Positions 55,780-63,160 of a stretch of 64,000 bases of DNA are shown here, in pieces (positions within the stretch are counted from its first letter, which is position 1; each line of letters opens with the position of its first letter). The notes below the pieces were generated by a model. It was not told the origin of the DNA, ran no database searches, and worked only from the letters and a program-made list of their open reading frames with translations. The stretch comes from Dehalococcoidia bacterium (GTDB lineage Bacteria > Chloroflexota > Dehalococcoidia > Lucifugimonadales > Lucifugimonadaceae). The position numbers and the translations under genes are program-made. The stretch lies in assembly GCA_046583455.1 (NCBI GenBank), contig JAYGCG010000094.1:2121-66120 (forward strand), in the 5' to 3' direction.

Positions 55780-57411
55780 TCAGGCTGACGCCAGGTCTTG
55801 CTTCATGGGCTTGAACTGACAGCCCTCCACGAACAGGTCAAAGAAGTCAGGCATTGTCTCAAGCTCAACGTGCTCAATGTCGCGTGTGAGCAGTTCGATT
55901 TCCTTGCGCTTGACCCGGGACGTGAGCATGATTGTCGCGCCTTCCAGCGCGGCGTTCCCGACCTGCGAAACGCGATCCGTCGAGACGTTGGCGATGAAGC
56001 CAATGTCGCGGGCGTTGTCAACGTCGATGTAGTTGGCAAAACCACCGGCGAGGTACATGCGCGTCAATTTCTCCGGTGAAGTCCCGTACTCACGGAGGAC
56101 GATCCACTGACCGCAGTAGTTGGCGGCCTTCGCCTGTGCAAGCGCGCTCATGTCAGCGCGTGAGATCGTGATGCCACGTTCGGGCACAACGTCAAACTCC
56201 GACGCGCCGTCTTTCAGTACGCCGAGTTCGTTCATGGTTTCCGTTCTGACGAGCTCCGCCAGCAGGTCCACCAACCCCGAGCCGCAGATCCCTTCCGGCA
56301 CTGCGTCGCCGATCGTGTCGAACTCCACACCGCCGTTGACGATGCGGACGGACTCGATCGCGCCGTCGTAGCCGGGCATGCCAAATTTGACCTCGGCGCC
56401 CTCGAACGCCGGCCCGGCGGGACAGGACGCGGCAAGCATGCGGTAACGGTTTCCGACGATTACTTCTGTGTTGGTGCCGATGTCGACAAGTGCAACGACG
56501 TCTTCAGATTCATCCATGCCGATGGCGAGTATGTCTGCCGCTATGTCGCCGCCGATGTGGCTTCCGATGAGTGGAGCACCGTAAACGTTGGCGCCCGGGA
56601 ATATGCGCAGGTCCAAGTCGCGTGCCTTCACGTTCAACGCCGTCGTCTCACGCTTGCCCGCCCTGAACTCCTCTTCCACGAGTGACCGGTAAGGTTTCTC
56701 GCCAATCGACTGCACGTCAAGTCCGAAGAACAGCTCCCGCATCGTGGAGTTGCCCACAATGACGGCCTCGTATATGTGAGGGCGACGAATTCTCAGGTGC
56801 CGGACCATGTCCCCGATCTCGAAATTGATCGACGACATGATCACTTGACCAAGCTCACCCTGGTACTCGCCGCTGTCGTACGTGATGCGGCGCATCGTGT
56901 CGCTGCCGCCAAACCTTTGCGGGTTTTCGAACGACCCTGTATGGAGAATCTCGCCCGATTCCACGTCGACAAGATTCAGCACAACGGTCGTGGTGCCGAC
57001 GTCGATCGCCAGACCGTAGATGTGGCCGCGGTATCGGTCGATCACCTCGCCGTCGAACACCACGTCGTCTCCGACGCGTGTGGTCAACGGGTCTAACGTC
57101 ACATTGCGCGACACCGTACGGGTCATGATCCGTGGCTGCCGGCGCAGTACGGCGAACTCGATATCGGCGTCCGGGTCTTTGACCACCGCCTGACAGGCAA
57201 GTCGGTAGTTCTCGTTCAGCAGAAACTGCTCGGACTCGGTCGGATCGTTGAGCGCCTCGGCCCCGCGTTTCACCTCTACGATGCATTCGTGGCACTCGCC
57301 GGTCCGCCCGCACGAGGTAGGCACGCGTACGTTCAGTGCGTCTGCGTAGTCGAAGATGCTCTGATCGGCGACAAGTTCAAGAATCTGGTCGCCGTGATGT
57401 AGGGGAGACAT
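55780..57411 (-). CDS. Corrinoid reductive activator, RACo/RamA-like (N-terminal 2Fe-2S ferredoxin + ASKHA/DUF4445 ATPase)
   Basis: 'CGRTGECHECIV....LACQ' plant-type ferredoxin motif. ASKHA 'GLAIDVGTTTVV' and 'VDIGTNTE' phosphate motifs. 543 aa. Confidence 0.8.
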   Translation of the reverse strand: MSPLHHGDQILELVADQSIFDYADALNVRVPTSCGRTGECHECIVEVKRGAEALNDPTESEQFLLNENYRLACQAVVKDPDADIEFAVLRRQPRIMTRTVSRNVTLDPLTTRVGDDVVFDGEVIDRYRGHIYGLAIDVGTTTVVLNLVDVESGEILHTGSFENPQRFGGSDTMRRITYDSGEYQGELGQVIMSSINFEIGDMVRHLRIRRPHIYEAVIVGNSTMRELFFGLDVQSIGEKPYRSLVEEEFRAGKRETTALNVKARDLDLRIFPGANVYGAPLIGSHIGGDIAADILAIGMDESEDVVALVDIGTNTEVIVGNRYRMLAASCPAGPAFEGAEVKFGMPGYDGAIESVRIVNGGVEFDTIGDAVPEGICGSGLVDLLAELVRTETMNELGVLKDGASEFDVVPERGITISRADMSALAQAKAANYCGQWIVLREYGTSPEKLTRMYLAGGFANYIDVDNARDIGFIANVSTDRVSQVGNAALEGATIMLTSRVKRKEIELLTRDIEHVELETMPDFFDLFVEGCQFKPMKQDLASA

Positions 57412-57501
57412 TGGTTAGTCAGTTTCTCGCTGAGGTGTGTTGAGTAAACCGCTGTGGGCGTTCTTTGAATGCTTGGGATTTCAAGAGCCGGTGGAAGAGG
57501 C

Positions 57502-57768
57502 CTAGGTTTCCCACGCCGACCGGTAATCGATCTCATCACTGCCGGTGCAGATCGCCTTTTCGCCGACGACTTTGAAGAACTGATTTCGGCAAGGGAACTT
57601 CGCCGTGCACCGTGACTTTGCGTCCTTGTACGGGCAACGGGTCTGGCCGGGAGTGGCGGCGGTCTCAGAGATATCGGAGTAGATATCCATGAGCCGTGAC
57701 ATGCTCGTCCGCAATCGATCCGAGTCCACCGATTTCTTCGGAGGGAGATTGTCTTTTGATTCCGCCAT
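57502..57768 (-). CDS. Small Cys-rich protein, 88 aa, hypothetical
   Basis: Sits between the corrinoid protein and activator genes on the same strand. Four Cys in 'CPYKDAKSRCTAKFPCRNQFFKVVGEKAIC'. Confidence 0.45.
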   Translation of the reverse strand: MAESKDNLPPKKSVDSDRLRTSMSRLMDIYSDISETAATPGQTRCPYKDAKSRCTAKFPCRNQFFKVVGEKAICTGSDEIDYRSAWET

Positions 57769-57834
57769 GTTGACCTCCTCCCTGGATCAGGGTTGGCCAA
57801 TGTCTTGCCGTCGATTATCTATGTGGGAGCGCTA

Positions 57835-58581
57835 TTAGGCGCTTGCAGCCCTGACCATAGCGATCAACTCTTTAGCCTTTTCCACACACGTGATGGCGTT
57901 GTCCGCATATCCGTCTGCGCCCATATCGTCCGCAAATTCTTGCGTTACAGGAGCGCCGCCGGTCATGAACTTGTACTCGTCGCGTAGTCCCATGTCTTCA
58001 AATTCGATGATCGTGCGGCCCATGTTCGGCATCGTAGTCGTGAGCAGGGCGGACATCATCACAAGGTCTGCGCCGTTCTCTTCAGCGGCCTCCATGAACT
58101 CGTCTGGCTTCGTGTCTACGCCGAGATCGTGCACAACGAATCCAGCCCCCCGCATCATCATGATGCAGAGGTTCTTGCCGATGTCGTGAAGGTCGCCCTT
58201 TACGGTCCCGAAAACGGCGGTGCCGATCGGCTCCACACCTGACGCCGAAAGGATCGGGTCGATGTGCGCCATTCCGGCCTTCATAGCCCGTGCGGCGATG
58301 AGTACTTCAGGGACGAAGATGATGTTGTCTCGGAACTTGACGCCAACGACGGCCATCCCCGAGATCAGTCCTTCGTCGAGGACATCGTTGGCCTCACGGC
58401 CTTCGCCAAGCGCTCTTTGCGTAAGCTCGTCAACGGCGTGATGATCGCCGGTAATGAGGCTGTACGCCATCTCCTGCATGAGTGCGTCGCCCGCTACGAT
58501 CTGCTCGAGGATCATTTCACGCTCGTCTTCACGCGTGACGTACTCGAACTCTTTAGCGAGGCCTTCATGAACGATTGGCAA
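57835..58581 (-). CDS. Corrinoid (cobalamin-binding) methyl-carrier protein, cap + B12-binding domains
   Basis: 'GDLHDIGKN' DxHxxG motif, 'SALLTTT', 'GGAP'. Confidence 0.88.
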   Translation of the reverse strand: MPIVHEGLAKEFEYVTREDEREMILEQIVAGDALMQEMAYSLITGDHHAVDELTQRALGEGREANDVLDEGLISGMAVVGVKFRDNIIFVPEVLIAARAMKAGMAHIDPILSASGVEPIGTAVFGTVKGDLHDIGKNLCIMMMRGAGFVVHDLGVDTKPDEFMEAAEENGADLVMMSALLTTTMPNMGRTIIEFEDMGLRDEYKFMTGGAPVTQEFADDMGADGYADNAITCVEKAKELIAMVRAASA

Positions 58582-58650
58582 GTTTGAATCTCCGATTGAA
58601 CCAGGTTAGACGCCATGTACGTAATAAGGCGGCTTAGATCAAGCGATATA

Positions 58651-58682
58651 GATACATAAACATATCGTTATATATCTGTCAA
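58651..58682 (-). promoter_or_regulatory. Promoter/operator P2 (upstream of the corrinoid protein unit)
   Basis: Minus strand reads TTGACA, 17 nt, TTATGT. Palindrome GATACATAAA-CATATC-GTTATATATC (8/10 arm match). Confidence 0.65.
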
Positions 58683-58740
58683 TGCAGCGTTACCGCGCAT
58701 TAGACCGGGTACTGGCACCCGGTCTGCCGATAGTTAGGAG

Positions 58741-59775
58741 TTAGAGGCGCTCGGCGCTCCAGTCTTTGACCGCGTCCGGGATGGCCAGAAGGTTCTGGAG
58801 TTTCGTCTGGAGAGGGATGGCGCACTCCGGAGCGATCATCTGCACCCCCGCCTCAAGGCAGGCGTACACCTCTTTACGGACCTCATCAGGTCCGCGTGAG
58901 TAGAGGGTTTCAGGATTGTTGATGTTGCCCACAAGGGCGATCCCGCCATCGACTGCGTCCATCGCCGCCTGCGGGTCGTTTCTGGAGTCGAAGTGGAAGG
59001 CCGCCATGCCTGTTTGTGCGATGTACGGCATGCGGTCCAGCGTCTGGCCGCAGATGTGGAGGATGAGTGGTGCGTTGATTCGCTCCGCCATCTCCGTGTG
59101 GATATCTTGCAAGAAGCGTTTGTAGTACTCGCCGGACACAAGGTCTCCGGTGGCGTGGTCGGGGACGCAGATGGCGTCCGCACCGGCGGCGATCTGGGCA
59201 TCTGCGAACAGGTACGTCGCCACCTTGAGCTTGTCCAGGATTCGCATCGTCATGTCGGGGTCGTCGATGGTCATCAGGAGGAAGGTCTCGACGCCGAACA
59301 CGTGGTAGGCGAGCGTCCACGGTCCCATGGACTTGCCGATGATTGCGACCTCGTCACCGAACTGCTTTTTCAATATCTCGATAGCGCCCGTGATGCTCTT
59401 CATGTCACGGTGCTCAAGGAAGTCGGCCGGGATCTTGACGTCGGCTTCACCCTTCCATATCGGGTTGGCCATTCGGACGGTCGGCCAGTTGTCCTTCTGC
59501 TCCCACTGCATCTCGCAGCCGAGCGCAGAGGACTCCTGGATGATGGTGAAGTAGGGCTGTATGGAGTCGAACCCGAGTTCCGTGTAACCGGTCGCCGCCA
59601 GCTGTGCGTTCAACTCTGGATCCCGGCAGGCGTCCGGAAACGGCGCGTCCACCATATCCATCAGCTCGACCGTTGCGACGTTGGTCGGGTTGGATACAGG
59701 GGTTCGGTCCACCGGCAGACCGGCAAGCGCGTTCATCACGCGTTCCTTGGACGTCATGGTGTCTGCATATGGCAT
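58741..59775 (-). CDS. Uroporphyrinogen-decarboxylase-family methyltransferase (MtaA/CmuA/O-demethylase MT-like)
   Basis: 344 aa, 'TSKERVMNALAGLPVDRTPV' URO-D-like N-terminus, 'ICVPDHATGDLVS', 'LHICG' motif. Confidence 0.7.
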   Translation of the reverse strand: MPYADTMTSKERVMNALAGLPVDRTPVSNPTNVATVELMDMVDAPFPDACRDPELNAQLAATGYTELGFDSIQPYFTIIQESSALGCEMQWEQKDNWPTVRMANPIWKGEADVKIPADFLEHRDMKSITGAIEILKKQFGDEVAIIGKSMGPWTLAYHVFGVETFLLMTIDDPDMTMRILDKLKVATYLFADAQIAAGADAICVPDHATGDLVSGEYYKRFLQDIHTEMAERINAPLILHICGQTLDRMPYIAQTGMAAFHFDSRNDPQAAMDAVDGGIALVGNINNPETLYSRGPDEVRKEVYACLEAGVQMIAPECAIPLQTKLQNLLAIPDAVKDWSAERL

Positions 59776-59812
59776 TGGAGTGGCCTCGATCCCCTAGTTT
59801 AAGTTCCGGGGT

Positions 59813-60475
59813 TTAAGTGCTGGCGAACCCAAGCGTGGATGTCGTCATCTGGCCGCGTAGAGCGTCGGCCTCCATCGCGTCTTCGACGGCGCTGATGTTT
59901 CGGGAGTAGGGCAGTATCAGACGAGCCAGACCGTCGTGGCGCTGGCCGCAACTGAACGTGATGGTCGAGTCGTCCAGCTTGTCCATCTCTCCATAACGCA
60001 CGAACCCGGCGATTATGGCTCGAAGGCGTAGCGCTGGGTTTTTCGCCTCGCCGGTCGTCGAGATACGGTACACGTAGCGGTTACCGTCCTGTTCGCCCGT
60101 CATATCGATCGTCAGATTGCTCTTGGAGTCTTTGATCTGGAGCTTTTCCGGCCGATCGCGTTCTGCCGTGCGTTCGATGGCAGCGGTGGTCAAAAACTTG
60201 AGCGGACGGGTGTGGACGTGTCCGCAAGGGAAGCGCAGCCGATTCCAGGCATCTGCGATCTCCATGCCGCCGAGCTTGACCAGCCGGTCCACGATATCTC
60301 GTATGCGGTCATCCACGCCAGGTCGTCGGCTGAAGGTCCACACGGTGGAAATGCCTTCGCGTTCGTACAGCCCGACGCTGATGTCGTGGAAGTTTGGATC
60401 CATCGGCACCAGCTCCACGCAGTCGCCGTAGCGGGTGACTACTTCGCGTGCGCTGAGTAGTTCTAGCGTTGTCAT
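59813..60475 (-). CDS. Hypothetical protein, 220 aa, internal two-fold repeat with FxCGxxH motifs
   Basis: 'RDIVDRLVKLGGMEIAD...RFPCGHVH' (about residues 59-88) parallels 'RAIIAGFVRYGEMDKLD...TFSCGQRH' (about residues 152-180). Embedded in the methyltransferase operon. Confidence 0.55.
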   Translation of the reverse strand: MTTLELLSAREVVTRYGDCVELVPMDPNFHDISVGLYEREGISTVWTFSRRPGVDDRIRDIVDRLVKLGGMEIADAWNRLRFPCGHVHTRPLKFLTTAAIERTAERDRPEKLQIKDSKSNLTIDMTGEQDGNRYVYRISTTGEAKNPALRLRAIIAGFVRYGEMDKLDDSTITFSCGQRHDGLARLILPYSRNISAVEDAMEADALRGQMTTSTLGFAST

Positions 60476-60510
60476 CTGGAGATGGAACCTCTGATCGTGT
60501 TACCCCGTGT

Positions 60511-61404
60511 TTAGCCTTTAACGGCTTCTACAAGGGATTTTATGTGGTCTGGCCCGGTACCGCAGCACCCGCCAAGTATGTTGATACCAAGTCCATGCAG
60601 CGTCTTGAAGTGTTCAGCCATGAACTCAGGCGTCTCAGGATAAACGATCTCCATATTGATGATCGCAGGAATACCGGCGTTTGAGTGCACAAGCATGAAG
60701 CCGTCATCCACGGCGCGCATGAGCTGTGCGATTTCAATCATTCGCTCGATGCCGTTGCCGCAGTTGGTGCCGACTACGTCTGCCCCTGCCTCTCGCAGCT
60801 TTTTTACGCCGACTTCGGGTGTGATGCCCATCATCGTGAAAAATCCGCGGGGTCCAGGGTCGTACACCATCGTGGACATCACGACGAGGTCTGTGTTGTC
60901 CTTGGCGGCCTTCACGGCCAGGGTGGCTTCTTCGATAGCGGTCATGGTCTCTATGACGACGCCGTCAGCGCCGCCCTCGGCGAGCGCTGTGATCTGCTCT
61001 ACAAAGGCGTCGTACATCTCCGTCTCGGACACCGGCCCAAGCGGCTCAAGGAACTCTCCCGTCGGGCCAACAGAACCAATCACGAAGGCGCCGGGAGGGG
61101 CGACCGAGCGTGCGTGTTCCGCGGCAAGACGGTTGAATTCAGACACCTTGTCTTCATGACCGTACTTTTTGGTCATGAACTTCGTCCCACCGAACGAGTT
61201 GGTAAGGACCATCTCTGAACCGGCGTCGAAGTAACGCTTTGCCATCTCTTTGATGGTGTCCGGGTGACTGACGTTGAACTCTTCAGGGCAACCGCCCGGC
61301 TCCAGTCCATGTTCCTGGAGATACGAGCCTGTGGCGCCGTCAGAGATGATCGTGTCGCCCCGTTCGAGGCGTTCGAGAAGTGTTGGGGCAGATGTTGAAG
61401 TCAT
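60511..61404 (-). CDS. Homocysteine S-methyltransferase domain protein (MetH Hcy-binding module-like)
   Basis: 'ISDGATGSYL', 'TNSFG', 'GTNCGNG', 'GGCCGTGPDHI' (zinc Cys triad). Confidence 0.85.
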   Translation of the reverse strand: MTSTSAPTLLERLERGDTIISDGATGSYLQEHGLEPGGCPEEFNVSHPDTIKEMAKRYFDAGSEMVLTNSFGGTKFMTKKYGHEDKVSEFNRLAAEHARSVAPPGAFVIGSVGPTGEFLEPLGPVSETEMYDAFVEQITALAEGGADGVVIETMTAIEEATLAVKAAKDNTDLVVMSTMVYDPGPRGFFTMMGITPEVGVKKLREAGADVVGTNCGNGIERMIEIAQLMRAVDDGFMLVHSNAGIPAIINMEIVYPETPEFMAEHFKTLHGLGINILGGCCGTGPDHIKSLVEAVKG

Positions 61405-61510
61405 TGGGTTCCAATTTGCCGCTGGCGTCGCCCGAACAATTTCGGGTACATGATCAGCGCGTCTTTAGCTACAAGAAGTTTGGTCGAGTGGGCGCCTGAT
61501 TCAAGAGTGC

Positions 61511-61852
61511 TTAGCTCTTGATCCAGCTATCTATCGCCCCCGGCGATGGGTCTCGTTCGCCGGCGTTCGCAAGGTCCCGAATCCGGGCCACGAAATCGTC
61601 AGGAAAACCGTCGTTGAATCGCTGAGCTATAGCCGCGGCGGCTTCCTTTGGCGGTGCATCCACTTCGCCGTAATCCTTGAGTTCCCATGAGTCCAGGTAG
61701 TCGTCGGTACCGGCGCTGCCGTCAAACATGGCGATCGCGTCGGCGGCTTCCTGAAATCGGGCGTCGAGTGGATGTGAAATAGTTCCCCCCTCGTCGCTTG
61801 CCTGAACCGTGACGGGGATTTCTTTCCAGTACATGAGGCGTACGAGCGCCAA
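61511..61852 (-). CDS. Small acidic protein, 'virulence factor' (PF13769-like) family
   Basis: 'MYWKEIPVTVQA....RFQEAADAIAM..G.AGTDDYLDSWE' resembles the 'YWRDIPAQV...GTDDYL..W' signature recalled for this family. Confidence 0.55.
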   Translation of the reverse strand: MALVRLMYWKEIPVTVQASDEGGTISHPLDARFQEAADAIAMFDGSAGTDDYLDSWELKDYGEVDAPPKEAAAAIAQRFNDGFPDDFVARIRDLANAGERDPSPGAIDSWIKS

Positions 61853-61886
61853 TGGAGTTCCTCCAACCGGGTGAGGGTCTAAATGA

Positions 61887-62927
61887 TTAATCCAGGCGTC
61901 CGTCGCGGAACGCTTTAATGTAGTTCATGCAGTAGTCGTCGTTGCCTTTAAGCATGTCCATCGCGAGCTCTACAGGCTCGGAGTCGAGGTCCAGATCCAG
62001 CACCTTCTGGATAGAGGTCGGGATCGGGTCAATAATCCCGCTGTCCAGCCCGCTCTCGATCGCCAGGTGCAGGAAAACGTCATTGACGAGCCTGCGTTTC
62101 GGCAGCCCGAACGACACGTTACTGACGCCGCCCGTGATGTGGACTTCGGGACCGTACTGCTCCCTGATAGTCGAGACGGCGTCCAGGTAGTCGTTCCCGT
62201 ACTGAGAAGCGACGCCGATCGGAAAGGCGAGGCAATCGATATACACGTCGCCGAGCGGTATGCCGGCATCCTGGATGTGCACCATGAGTTGGTCGATGTT
62301 CTCCACCCGCTCCTCGGCGTTGTCCGGCATTCCGGACTCTCCCGCGGCCGTGACGATCACGCGCCCATTGTTTTCCGTCACAAGTTTGATCGTGTCGAGG
62401 CGTTCCAGCGCGACCGAGTTGATCATCGGCCTGCCGGCAGCGCTGGTGTAGGCAGCCAGACCGGTCTTGATGATCTCCGGGTTTGACGAGTCGATACTTG
62501 ACGGGATGGTGGAAACCGCCTCAACAGTTCTGACCAGCCACTCCATCGACTCGTTCTGGATGTCGATATAGGGGCTGACCTCGTCGACGTTCAGATCCAG
62601 GAACGAGGCACCGGCCTTCGTCTGCCGCCGCACCTCTCGATGGACGTATGCGGTACCGATGGCCTGTTCTTCGGCATCGCCGTTTACGCCCTTCCAGACG
62701 GCGATCATGAAGTGTTTGACCTGGTTCAGTCCGTAGGGCTGCTGCTTTTTGAAATGCTCCGGGATGGAGAGAAACAGGTCCTTCCCGTTTTCGTCCTTGA
62801 ACGGCACGCCCTCGGTCCCGTCATCAAGCTTTCGGATACGTCGTCCGTTGAGCAGGACGATACGCGTCGTGTGAATGTTTTCGCCGATCGTTACAAAGTC
62901 GTCAGCGGATTTCAGATGGCGAGGCAC
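61887..62927 (-). CDS. Pterin-binding methyltransferase (methyl-THF:corrinoid methyltransferase, MetH pterin module / AcsE-like)
   Basis: 'IGENIHTTR', 'FLDLNVDE', 'GGVSNVSFGLPKRRLVNDVFLHLAIESGLDSGIIDP'. GTG start with GGAGAG 5 nt upstream. Confidence 0.85.
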   Translation of the reverse strand: MPRHLKSADDFVTIGENIHTTRIVLLNGRRIRKLDDGTEGVPFKDENGKDLFLSIPEHFKKQQPYGLNQVKHFMIAVWKGVNGDAEEQAIGTAYVHREVRRQTKAGASFLDLNVDEVSPYIDIQNESMEWLVRTVEAVSTIPSSIDSSNPEIIKTGLAAYTSAAGRPMINSVALERLDTIKLVTENNGRVIVTAAGESGMPDNAEERVENIDQLMVHIQDAGIPLGDVYIDCLAFPIGVASQYGNDYLDAVSTIREQYGPEVHITGGVSNVSFGLPKRRLVNDVFLHLAIESGLDSGIIDPIPTSIQKVLDLDLDSEPVELAMDMLKGNDDYCMNYIKAFRDGRLD

Positions 62928-62973
62928 AATAACTCTCCGGGATTGAAACGACCTCTGGAGGCCTTGATGTAAA

Positions 62974-63005
62974 GATATATAAACATTTCTTTATATATCA
63001 GTCAA
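62974..63005 (-). promoter_or_regulatory. Promoter/operator P3 (upstream of the pterin-MT operon; divergent from the 63161 ORF)
   Basis: Minus strand reads TTGACT, 17 nt, TTATAT. Perfect 10-bp inverted repeat GATATATAAA-CATTTC-TTTATATATC at 62974-62999. Confidence 0.7.
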
Positions 63006-63160
63006 TCGGAGTGTCTGACAGGTTTTGTGACGGTGACTGTGCATTTATTACTGCTTGCCGACTATCTCGGTAGCGCCGTCGTACAGGTCGCGCATAGAGG
63101 TACCATGCGCCCCGTCAGAGCACGTTAGCACCGGAGTTGTACATGCCAAAATTCACGCCC

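Noticed and set aside
53785-62927. Pyrrolysine (in-frame TAG) methylamine methyltransferase system
   Set aside because: No MttB/MtbB/MtmB homolog and no TAG-interrupted ORF is present in the cluster. The methyltransferases present are pterin-binding, Hcy-binding and URO-D types.
55698-63005. The three repeated 29-mers as a CRISPR-like or mobile-element repeat
   Set aside because: The copies are 3-4 kb apart. Each sits at the same distance upstream of an operon's first gene, and each contains -35/-10 hexamers. They are promoters/operators, not an array.
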